A DNA stretch of 64,000 bases from Candidatus Heimdallarchaeota archaeon (lineage in GTDB: Archaea; Asgardarchaeota; Heimdallarchaeia; Heimdallarchaeales; Heimdallarchaeaceae), in NCBI GenBank assembly GCA_019057815.1, contig JAHLWR010000015.1:1-64000 (forward strand), in the 5' to 3' direction. The position numbers were made by a program, and so were the translations under genes. The notes under the pieces were generated by a model. That model was given only the letters and a program-made list of their open reading frames with translations, had not been told where the DNA came from and made no database searches. Positions 1 through 8,794 of the stretch are shown here, in pieces; the stretch's first letter is position 1, and every line of letters begins with the position of its first letter.

Positions 1-35
1 ACCTCTATTTTCTCTTTGTATTACCGACAAAAAAG

Positions 36-1277
36 ATGTTCAAGTACTGGTACAATCTTACAGACACTACAATTTCCGGTGACCAATACGGTCAGATATT
101 CCTAGTAAATTCCATGAATACTGAAGTTGAAGGTTATTCTTTTGATGAAGTAAACGTTGGGATACAAGTACAAAACAGTACTAACATATCAATTAACAAT
201 GTAAACGTTACAGGTCGTTCAGGTATAGAAATTGATAACGTTGATGGTATTTCAATAGAAAATTCCCATTTTTATGGTTATAACTATGGAATAAAAACTG
301 ATGAGGTAAGTGGTAATCTTATTATACAAAATAGCTACTTTGAAGGTTTCAGTTATGCTATTGAATGCGTCGAAACAGGTTATGTCAAGATCAAAAACAA
401 CACAATAATTGATGTACAAGAGACTGGAATGTACATGGATTACGGGTCAGATGCAGAAATTATGTTTAATATTGTAACATGTGACACAGAATCCGCTGAA
501 AGTGAAATACTGATCTATATCGATGGTTATGAAACTGCGAGGATATACTATAACGTATTCATTGGTCTAGGAAATCAAGCAACATCTCTTGCAGAAGAAT
601 GGTCAGTAACAAGCGCAGTTTGGTATAATGAGAGTTTGGAGATAGGTAACTTCTGGTCTAATTGGAATGGTTCAGGTGCTTATGCGATAGAAGGAGATGG
701 AAACCTTGATCTCTATCCATTCATTGACGTAGATGAAGATACGCTAAATGAAAGTATGGAAGTACTAGTATATCATACTAATCCATTTTCAAGCGATAGC
801 GATTCTGACGGTTTAACAGATAGCGAAGAACTTCTTGAATATGGAACAGATCCTAATGATGAGGACAGTGATTCTGATGGTTTAACCGACGGAGAAGAAG
901 TTTTTGAATATTACACCTCACCTACAAATAACGACACCGATTCCGATGGATTAAGTGATGGTGACGAAATCATACAGTATGACAGTGATCCTTTCAACAA
1001 TGACACCGATTCCGATGGTTTAACTGACGGAGAAGAAGTTTTTGAATATTACACCTCACCTACAAATAATGACACCGATTCTGATGGCTATTCTGATTTT
1101 GAAGAAGTACAAGCTGGTACAGATCCATTAGATAACACTAGTTTTCCATTCATACCTGCAGACAAATCCTATCTAGGACTTATCTTAGGTATAACAGCTG
1201 GTTTTCTAGCAGTAGTTGGTGTCACTGTTTATATTCTAAGAAGGAAACGTGTCCTTAAACATCCTAAAAAATCTTAA
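36..1277 (+). CDS. Surface protein: right-handed beta-helix (NosD/pectin-lyase-like) + Ca-binding TSP3-like DxDxDG repeats + C-terminal TM anchor; probably 5'-truncated by the window
   Basis: GNFWSNWNG motif, repeated DTDSDGLTDGEE units, terminal hydrophobic helix followed by RRKR; frame is open back to the window start and no signal peptide is seen. Confidence 0.8.
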   Translation: MFKYWYNLTDTTISGDQYGQIFLVNSMNTEVEGYSFDEVNVGIQVQNSTNISINNVNVTGRSGIEIDNVDGISIENSHFYGYNYGIKTDEVSGNLIIQNSYFEGFSYAIECVETGYVKIKNNTIIDVQETGMYMDYGSDAEIMFNIVTCDTESAESEILIYIDGYETARIYYNVFIGLGNQATSLAEEWSVTSAVWYNESLEIGNFWSNWNGSGAYAIEGDGNLDLYPFIDVDEDTLNESMEVLVYHTNPFSSDSDSDGLTDSEELLEYGTDPNDEDSDSDGLTDGEEVFEYYTSPTNNDTDSDGLSDGDEIIQYDSDPFNNDTDSDGLTDGEEVFEYYTSPTNNDTDSDGYSDFEEVQAGTDPLDNTSFPFIPADKSYLGLILGITAGFLAVVGVTVYILRRKRVLKHPKKS

Positions 1278-1478
1278 AGAAAGAGTAATTTCTCACTCTT
1301 TATCTTTTCTTTTTATTTCATTCTAGAACCCTCTGACACATTGTTCTTATTCACTCTATGAACTCTCTTAATTCAAGCGTCATTATCTGGGTTCTAGGTG
1401 AGCAAGGCGAACATCTGACAATTGACCCATTAATAAATTAAAAATTTATAACATAATTTGTGTGGAAAAGGAAAAGGA
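1063..1478 (+). repeat. Direct repeat copy A (~416 bp; 3' end of ORF 36-1277 plus downstream region)
   Basis: Near-identical to 2041-2456, both ending ...TTTGTGTGGAAAAGGAAAAGGA. Confidence 0.95.
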
Positions 1479-1507
1479 TTATTAAGCTAAAAACTACTTT
1501 TTTATCA

Positions 1508-1693
1508 ATGACAATAGAATCGGAGTTAGAAGAAATAAAGAAACAAATGCATGAAATGTCTAAGAAATTAGATGATTTGCTTTCAGATAGAGATGTAATA
1601 GCTATGTTAAAGCTATCAGAACTTTCTCTACAGGAATTTTTTGATAATGAACCGAATCTATATTCTCTTGAAGATCTAAAGGTTAGATATTAA
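1508..1693 (+). CDS. Antitoxin of MazF/PemK pair
   Basis: Small acidic protein ending EPNLYSLEDLKVRY, stop overlaps toxin start; ATG at 1508 preferred over GTG 1460 because TATA-like TTATTAAG lies at 1479-1486. Confidence 0.7.
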   Translation: MTIESELEEIKKQMHEMSKKLDDLLSDRDVIAMLKLSELSLQEFFDNEPNLYSLEDLKVRY

Positions 1694-2022
1694 TGAAAGG
1701 AAAAATAGTTCTTTTACCTTTTCCGTTTACAGATTTAACAAAAGCTAAGTTACGTCCAGCTCTTATTATTTTTGAAAGTACAAAAGATGTAATTGTTATT
1801 TTTATCTCTTCAAAAATACCTGATAAAATATTAGAAACAGATATCTTACTAGTTGCTGATCATAAGGATTTTTTGCTTTCAGGTTTGAAGGTAGATTCAG
1901 TAATTAAACTTGATAAAATTGCAACTATTTTGAAAGATTTGATAATTGGAGAGATTGGTGAAGTAGGGAGCATTCTAAAAAAAGAAATCAATTCTAAGAT
2001 ATGCAAAATCATTCAGATCTAG
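1693..2022 (+). CDS. mazF: PemK/MazF family toxin (endoribonuclease)
   Basis: GKIVLLPFPFTDLTKAKLRPALII ... GLKVDSVIKLDKI signature. Confidence 0.9.
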   Translation: MKGKIVLLPFPFTDLTKAKLRPALIIFESTKDVIVIFISSKIPDKILETDILLVADHKDFLLSGLKVDSVIKLDKIATILKDLIIGEIGEVGSILKKEINSKICKIIQI

Positions 2023-2040
2023 CAGAAATGCGGAAGTATC

Positions 2041-2456
2041 CAAATAACGACGCTGATTCCACTGGTTTCTCTGATTCTGAAGAAGTACAAGCCGGTACAG
2101 ATCCATTAGATAACACTAGTTTTCCATTCATACCTAATGACAAATCCTATCTAGGACTTATATTAGGTCTAACAGCTGGTTTTCTTGCCGTAGTTGGTGT
2201 TATTGTTTATGTTCTAAGAAGGAAACGTGTCCTTAAACTTCCTAAAAAATCTTAAAGAAAGAGTAATTTCTCACTCTTTTTCTTTTCTTTTTCTTTCATT
2301 CTAGAAACCTCTGACACATTGTTCTGATTCACTCTACAAAATATCTTTATTTTAAGTGTCGTTATCTGGGTTCTAGGTGAGCAAGGCGAACATCTGACAA
2401 TTGACCCATAATAAATTAAAAATTTATAACATAATTTGTGTGGAAAAGGAAAAGGA
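2041..2456 (+). repeat. Direct repeat copy B (contains non-functional duplicate of the C-terminus of ORF 36-1277; ORF-track 2001-2255)
   Basis: Near-identical to 1063-1478. Confidence 0.95.
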
Positions 2457-2649
2457 AATTTTGTTCTTTCCCTCTTATTTTGTAAATCCTTCTTTCAATC
2501 TAAATAACACGCTCTTGAGAATATCGAGTTCACCATAACTGTATGGATTCTTGAATCCTTGGTATTAATGATCCTATCCATTTCTAGTAATTCCTTTTAA
2601 ATTGTAAAATTGTTGATTCTATGCTATATTTCTTTTAATTCTTAAATTG

Positions 2650-2685
2650 GTCAGAATTGATTACCAGTAATCATCTGAGTTAGCA
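2650..2685. repeat. 36-bp imperfect palindrome, copy 1
   Basis: GTCAGAATTGATTACCAGTAATCATCTGAGTTAGCA; 32/36 identical to 3895-3930. Confidence 0.85.
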
Positions 2686-2852
2686 AGCTTATTACAGAAG
2701 CTTATCGAACTTTTTCTCATCCTGGAATAGGTTATATACCTGAACCAGAAGCTAAACCCAGACCCAAACCTAAATCTAGAAAAAAGAAAAAAAGCAAGAA
2801 GAGACCATTAAGTAGATTTTTGAAACTATTTAGAAGAGAAAAAGGGAAGTAA
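2679..2852 (+). pseudogene. 5'-truncated gene fragment, C-terminal end of a DnaJ J-domain followed by Lys/Pro-rich tail
   Basis: Reads KLITEAYRTFSHPG...PKPKSRKKKKSKKR...* (compare J-domain consensus FKEINEAYEVLSDP); no start codon; begins at the palindrome. Confidence 0.5.
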
Positions 2853-3002
2853 TTCTCATCACAATTTCTTATATATCTTATTATTAAACTGAATATAAAA
2901 AGTCTAAACATATCTTAGATTGCGAGCTATTTATGAACTACTAGAGTATCACATCAGTTAATAAGGAATATCTTTAAATTTGATTATTTAGAGCTGATTT
3001 GA

Positions 3003-3743
3003 ATGGATACTCCATACCAAACTTTATCATTATTCAAAAAATCATTTGAAGAACAGAGAACTAATCTAGCTAACATTCAATTGCTGAGAAGTTTTATTGA
3101 TCCTTTTTAGAGTCTTTTAGTTGATTTGAGTAGACAAAAAATTGAAGAACACTGGCAACTTCCAAATGATTTCACAAAGCAAACATCTACAAAGATTAAG
3201 GGACGTTTGAATATAGGCAGTACTGAACCCACTGGAATTTGGATTGACAATTTCATCTCGAAATATGTAGAATTAGAAGTTTACTTATCACAGTGTTATA
3301 TTCTAGATCCCTCTGGTAGTATTAAAGTCAGAAAACCATCAAAATTTATCTCATCTGCTCTTGAAGCTCAAAAATTTGATACAATGATTAATAGAGTTAT
3401 AGTAGGATTAACGAAAATTCTGGCTTTTGGTAATAGAATTGTATTAAGAAGTGATTATGAAAATGAAAAGAAACATAGAGATCGTTTGAAAAGAATAGCA
3501 AAATCTAAGAGAACAGAAATGAAAGTGACAGAAAAAAAGAAAATTGTTAAGGATAAAATTATTAGATTTAGAACGACATTTCTCTTTCTCTTTCTAGAAC
3601 TTGTAATAATTGTTCTATCCTTTTTCTTTAATGATATAATTTGGGTAAGAATCCTGCTTTACACTCTGATTCCAGTTTTTCTAATATTGGTTGTAATTGG
3701 TTTCTTCCTAGAAAAAAAAAGAAGGACAAATGATAAAGAGTAA
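3003..3743 (+). pseudogene. Membrane protein (2 C-terminal TM helices) interrupted by an in-frame TAG at 3108-3110
   Basis: ATG 3003 lies ~23 nt after TATA TTTAAATT (2973-2980) and is in frame with ORF 3126-3743; single TAG between them. Confidence 0.65.
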
Positions 3744-3894
3744 GATGATCAGAAGAGAGGGTTTCTTATAGAGTGAAATTGTCTTTCGAAGTAGCTTTTT
3801 AAGCGCTAAGATATAACTGACTACTATCCTTGAAAGAAGCGTTTTCAATAACTTAAACAGCTGTTTAGAGTGATTTGAGGTTTGGATAAAATAA

Positions 3895-3930
3895 GTCAGA
3901 ATTGATGACCAGTAATCAACTGAGGAAGCA
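3895..3930. repeat. 36-bp imperfect palindrome, copy 2
   Basis: GTCAGAATTGATGACCAGTAATCAACTGAGGAAGCA. Confidence 0.85.
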
Positions 3931-4334
3931 TATATCTGTAAAGGTCTAAAGCTCGGTAGAAACTCTCAATAACAAACATAGTGAAGAAGAAAATTAAAGA
4001 GGGGGAGGTTAATACAACCCGCGAAAAAGTGAAGAAAAATCTTACCACGTGAATTAATATTTGTGTGGCAAGATATTTTGATTTCTCTGTGCGCTTTTGA
4101 GAAAAAAGTCTAATTCTTCATCCTTGAGAGTTAAAAAGTAAGTTTAACTGTTGAAATGAAGGGTTGGTTTTCAGCTTATAATCTGTCTTTGATATTACCT
4201 TCACTTTCAAAAGATTGCTGAAATCACTCGAAACACTGACAAAAATAGCTATATAGAGAATCAATACTTTCACTTTCAATGAACTCCCTCTTTCGGCTTA
4301 TAAAGATGTTTGCAGATAAATAGTTTAGACAAAA

Positions 4335-5288
4335 ATGTCAACTCAAACATCTTTCGAACAAATAGAAGAAGAAGAATCTTTATTGTATTGCACAGATTGC
4401 AATAGTACAGATATTGTAGAAACACTTTCTGATTATTGTTGTAGAAATTGTGGTGCAGTCGTAGGGAGAAGAATGGAATCTACTCATTTTCTGAGTAGAT
4501 CCTCAAATGGTGAACGTTCTGGTTCTCCTGAGAGTATACGTTCGTCCAAATCGACAAGTTTTCGAGTCTTAGATGCCAGAGCAGGAGAAAAAAGAGAAAA
4601 ATGGAGGAGGCTATGGAAGATCTCAAATAGCCAATATTGTGCAATAACCGAAAATAAGAGCAGAATCTTGAACATTTTAACTAACCTTGGATTATCAGAG
4701 ACTTCAACAAATGAAATTATGTTCGAATTAAAGAAGACCTATACAGCTGAAAGAAGAAAGGGCAACAAAGTCACAAACATTTTCTTGATAGCTGCTGCTA
4801 TTACACTCAAACAATTAAAAAATAAAAAGCGTGCAACAAGCATAAACACAATTGTCCAAACTTTCAAGAACTTTGGATGCAAGCTCTCTAGCAAAAGTGT
4901 TCGCGACTATATCATTGATAATAATATCGCCTTGAGGTCAACATCCCCTGCTATTTTTGTTAATCAACATATGGCTAAGTTAAGAAACAGCGATTCTATT
5001 AGAAAAAAGTTTACTGTCTTAACGAATGGTAATGACCTCGAACTGGATATGCTCTATACAACCATAGAAAGAATGGCCACTAAGCTTAGCATCATTAAAA
5101 CTAATGGTAGAAAGCCTTCAGTTCTCTCCGCTTCTTGTATTTATTTAGCTTCTGAACTTTTAGGTCACAAAATTATTGGTGAAAGTATTCTAACCAAAGA
5201 CGAAATGAGCCGTATTTGTAAGATTCCAACAACGACAATGAGAGCACACGTGAAATATCTCAAAGCTCAAATCAACATCAAAATCTAG
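4335..5288 (+). CDS. tfb: Divergent transcription initiation factor IIB (TFB) paralog
   Basis: Zn ribbon CTDC...CRNCG, linker WRRLWK, two cyclin repeats (IAAAITL; GRKPSVLSASCIYLA), C-terminal HTH. Confidence 0.85.
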   Translation: MSTQTSFEQIEEEESLLYCTDCNSTDIVETLSDYCCRNCGAVVGRRMESTHFLSRSSNGERSGSPESIRSSKSTSFRVLDARAGEKREKWRRLWKISNSQYCAITENKSRILNILTNLGLSETSTNEIMFELKKTYTAERRKGNKVTNIFLIAAAITLKQLKNKKRATSINTIVQTFKNFGCKLSSKSVRDYIIDNNIALRSTSPAIFVNQHMAKLRNSDSIRKKFTVLTNGNDLELDMLYTTIERMATKLSIIKTNGRKPSVLSASCIYLASELLGHKIIGESILTKDEMSRICKIPTTTMRAHVKYLKAQINIKI

Positions 5289-5453
5289 TCATGCCTCAAA
5301 GAAACATGGCTTTCTAATCTTTCTTTTTATTTTTATTCTCGTCATCTTTCTTATATTTACTTGTGCAAATACTCTCGTTAGGATTATTAACAGAAGAATT
5401 CATTGCACAAGATATATATTAGATTAAGAGTATAGTTTGATTAATGTGATTTA

Positions 5454-7148
5454 ATGAAAAAGAGAACAACATTTATTCTATTTCTACTTATATTGTCAAT
5501 CTATACATTGAATATCAATGTACAAAGTGCTGTTGAAGAGAATGATAGTAGACCTACTTCGTTAGAGTTGACTCCTCATGATCCTATTGAAATAACAAGT
5601 GATAGCGATTTCGAAGTTTTTCCAGGATCAGGAACACAGGGAGATCCTTATGTTATTGAGGGATATGATATCACAACAACAGATAATAGAGGTATTTATA
5701 TTGATGACACAACGAAATATTTCATTGTTCGAAACTGCTATGTTGACGCAGAAGAGTATGGGATTTATATTGATGATGTAGCTGATGGAACAACTACTGT
5801 CATCAACAACACGTGCAACTACAACAAATACGGTGGAATCGTTCTTTCCTCTTCTGTTAGTTCTACTGTCATCAACAACACGTGCAACAACAATAGCTTT
5901 AAAGGCATCTATCTTTACCATTCTGGCAGTTCGAATGTCATTAATAACACGTGTAACAACAATTACGATGGAATCATTCTTTGCTATTCTAGTAGTTCAA
6001 CGATTGCAAATAACACTTTCAGCAATAACAACCATGGCATCTATCTTTACTCTTCTAGTAGTTCAACGATTGCAAATAACACTTTCAGCAATAACAACGA
6101 GGGTATCTCTCTCTCTTCTTCTGATAGTTCAACGGTTGCCAACAACACTTTTACTAATTGTGGTTTGTATATATATGAAGGTACAGGTGACGCATACATT
6201 TCATATACTGTTGAAAATAATTTGGTGAATGGTAAAATCCTAGGTTTTTACACTAACATTTACTCTATGATAATTACTGAACCAGTTTATGGGCAATTAA
6301 TATTAATCAATTGCGCTAATGTGATAGTAAGTGACCAGATTTTAAATAACGCTTCATATGGTCTATTTCTCTACTCCTGTAGACATTCAAGTATTATCAA
6401 CAACACTTGCAGCAATAACAACAGAGGTATCAATCTTCAGTCTTCTGGTAGTTCTACTGTTGCAAATAACACTTGCAGCAATAACTACAACAACCCTGGC
6501 ATCTCTCTTTCCTCTTCTGGTAGTTCTACTGTTGTCAACAATACGTGCAATAGTAACTACAGTGGCATCAGCTTTTCCTCTTCTGGTAGTTCTACTGTTG
6601 CTAACAACACGTGCAACAATAACCAGTACAGCATCTTTCTTTCCTCTTCTAGTAGTTCAACTGTTGCCAATAACACCTGCAGAAATAATAACAAAGGCAT
6701 ATCGCTTTTGTATTCTGATTTATGTGTTTTTACTTACAATCTTTTACAAGAAAATGAAGGATATGGAGTATACTTATACAACTCTGATGATAATCTTATT
6801 CATCATAATACCTTTGTAGATAACAATGTAGGAGGTTTTAATGGTGGTTTTTCTCAAGCTTTCGATGATGGACAAACTAATACTTGGTACGACCCTGAGA
6901 CAAAAGAGGGCAACTTCTGGTCTGATTGGTCAGGAACTGGTTCTTATTCTATTGATGGTTCTGCAAGTTCAGAAGATCTATATCCTCTTGAAGATGGTGA
7001 ACATACTATAACTGCATCTACTACAACTGAAGACACTACAATTGTATCTACTACAGATGAAAATCCATTAAACTTCACGTTTACTCTTCTAATATTAGTA
7101 GTTCCCTTAATGCTTACAAGGATAATCTCAAAGAAGGTAAAGAAATAA
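5454..7148 (+). CDS. Secreted/anchored parallel beta-helix (NosD-like) repeat protein
   Basis: Signal peptide, GSGTQGDPYVIEG, many 22-23 aa repeats STVANNTCxNN..GI.L, EGNFWSDW, C-terminal TM. Confidence 0.85.
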   Translation: MKKRTTFILFLLILSIYTLNINVQSAVEENDSRPTSLELTPHDPIEITSDSDFEVFPGSGTQGDPYVIEGYDITTTDNRGIYIDDTTKYFIVRNCYVDAEEYGIYIDDVADGTTTVINNTCNYNKYGGIVLSSSVSSTVINNTCNNNSFKGIYLYHSGSSNVINNTCNNNYDGIILCYSSSSTIANNTFSNNNHGIYLYSSSSSTIANNTFSNNNEGISLSSSDSSTVANNTFTNCGLYIYEGTGDAYISYTVENNLVNGKILGFYTNIYSMIITEPVYGQLILINCANVIVSDQILNNASYGLFLYSCRHSSIINNTCSNNNRGINLQSSGSSTVANNTCSNNYNNPGISLSSSGSSTVVNNTCNSNYSGISFSSSGSSTVANNTCNNNQYSIFLSSSSSSTVANNTCRNNNKGISLLYSDLCVFTYNLLQENEGYGVYLYNSDDNLIHHNTFVDNNVGGFNGGFSQAFDDGQTNTWYDPETKEGNFWSDWSGTGSYSIDGSASSEDLYPLEDGEHTITASTTTEDTTIVSTTDENPLNFTFTLLILVVPLMLTRIISKKVKK

Positions 7149-7353
7149 TGGAACAGCTGTCAGAAACTGCATAAAAAAGAAGTAATAACAAAACCAAACC
7201 TTCAACCCTTCCTTTTTTTGATTTTTTCAAGATAGGACGATATTAGAACGGAAGGTTTTACCTATTATTCTCAAATTAGTATAATATCTCTTTATTTTTC
7301 TCGACTTACTTCCCTTTACTGAGATTACATTTTTTATCTTGATTTGTACTACT

Positions 7354-7776
7354 CTACTTTAATAACTTTAATGCTTCTCTAGGTGCTAAAACTTCTATTT
7401 CAGGTATTTTTCTAAAGTGTTTGTCCAATGTGACAATTTTCTTTATATCTAATTCTTGCATACATGAGAGCATCAAAGCATCATCAAAGTCTAATTCGAA
7501 TTTCTTTTGATTATTGAATGTTTTTAACATTGTTAAATAATCAGGTTTGTGAATCTTTATCCCTTCATATGATGCTAAAGATTGGATGAATTCTGAAGCT
7601 ATGTCGATACTCTTTGTTTTAAATTGAATGACTAAAACAATAGAATATATTCCAAAATCATTGATAAATGTTGTATATGGTGATTTCTCAAGTTTTTCTA
7701 GCATTTTCTTACAATCTGTAAAATGTTTTTGTTTAAGCATAACTTCAAGAAATATGTTTGAATCTATGAAAAACAA
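7354..7776 (-). CDS. vapC: VapC/PIN domain toxin
   Basis: FIDSNIFLE ... LDFDDAL ... IVTLDKHF PIN acidic motifs. Confidence 0.9.
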   Translation of the reverse strand: MFFIDSNIFLEVMLKQKHFTDCKKMLEKLEKSPYTTFINDFGIYSIVLVIQFKTKSIDIASEFIQSLASYEGIKIHKPDYLTMLKTFNNQKKFELDFDDALMLSCMQELDIKKIVTLDKHFRKIPEIEVLAPREALKLLK

Positions 7777-7779
7777 ATT

Positions 7780-8037
7780 TCATTCACTTTCCTTTAAAAA
7801 CAGTTTGGTAGCTAGGTGTTGTAATTCTACACTTCTTTCCTTTACTTGTTCCAACATACCACTTATTCGTTCAGTTGGGTTATTGATTTTAGAGATATTA
7901 TTTTGTGTTCTTAACCAAATGTCTACAGCTTCTTCTAAAGCTGCAGATAAAGAACCTTTTTTATAACCAAATTTCTGAAATGCTTTCTGTCGAAATATTC
8001 TCTCTTTCTCTTCATCAATTTGAACCTTTAATCCCAT
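7780..8037 (-). CDS. Antitoxin (ribbon-helix-helix-like) of VapBC pair
   Basis: 85 aa, FRQKAFQKFGYKKGSLSAALEEAVDIW; directly upstream of PIN toxin. Confidence 0.8.
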   Translation of the reverse strand: MGLKVQIDEEKERIFRQKAFQKFGYKKGSLSAALEEAVDIWLRTQNNISKINNPTERISGMLEQVKERSVELQHLATKLFLKESE

Positions 8038-8143
8038 ATTATCACTTAGGTACTTATGTCCTTATGGTTATAAAAAATCTTTCTAATACTACTAGATGTG
8101 GGAAGAATCTACCCATGTATCTTTTTATAGGTATTTTGAGAAA
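8015..8143. repeat. Direct repeat copy A (antitoxin start + promoter)
   Basis: Similar to 11168-11292. Confidence 0.9.
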
Positions 8144-8211
8144 ATTTAATCGAATTTCTTATAGAATCTCGAAAAACTCAATTACCTAAATAATCGCATA
8201 GAGTTGAGTAT

Positions 8212-8712
8212 TTATTCAACTGATTCTTCAGCTATGAAGGAATAAAATCTAAATTGCCTTTTTAATGCCCAATACTCCCTGAAACATAAAATGGATCCTA
8301 CAACTAAACATCCAGCTCCGCAGAAAGCTGCTATGGGCGGAAAAAACCATACCACTACAAAAGTGAATATCGCTGAAGTTACTAAAAAGCTGAACAAGAA
8401 AAGTATTCTAGGTATCATTATTCCTTTTATTAAATGAGCAGGAACATAAACTGGTACTAAAATATCGTGTCTCTTTTCACCTTTCTCTGTTAAAACATAC
8501 ATGTTTGAAGGAAGTTTTTTTACAATATCTGCATCTTCTAATTTGTCTAAATGCCAACTAATTGTGCTTGGACTCTTTAGCTCTAAGGCTCTTTGTGTTT
8601 CTCGTATTCCTACTTCATGAGGAAATCTTGTTTTTAGATAAAGGTAGATTTTTAGTGTTGTTGGATGATCTAAAACATTACTTGATTTTCTAATATTCAT
8701 AATTCTAGACAT
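8212..8712 (-). CDS. Membrane-tethered winged-HTH transcriptional regulator
   Basis: LKIYLYL...GIRETQRALELKSPSTISWHLDKL wHTH followed by two hydrophobic helices. Confidence 0.8.
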   Translation of the reverse strand: MSRIMNIRKSSNVLDHPTTLKIYLYLKTRFPHEVGIRETQRALELKSPSTISWHLDKLEDADIVKKLPSNMYVLTEKGEKRHDILVPVYVPAHLIKGIMIPRILFLFSFLVTSAIFTFVVVWFFPPIAAFCGAGCLVVGSILCFREYWALKRQFRFYSFIAEESVE

Positions 8713-8794
8713 TGGTTCTAACTCTCAATACTTTTCTTACTAATCTAAACATTCACTTTCAGATTGGAATAGTTTACATTATTCTTCCAATTTT

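Noticed and set aside
2001-2255. 84-aa ORF as an independent gene
   Set aside because: It is the duplicated tail of ORF 36-1277 with a fortuitous start inside mazF.
5785-6819. AAC-rich 66-bp repeats and overlapping alternate-frame ORFs as a possible DGR template/variable region
   Set aside because: Explained by Asn-ladder beta-helix repeats; no reverse transcriptase and no adenine-specific TR/VR pair seen.
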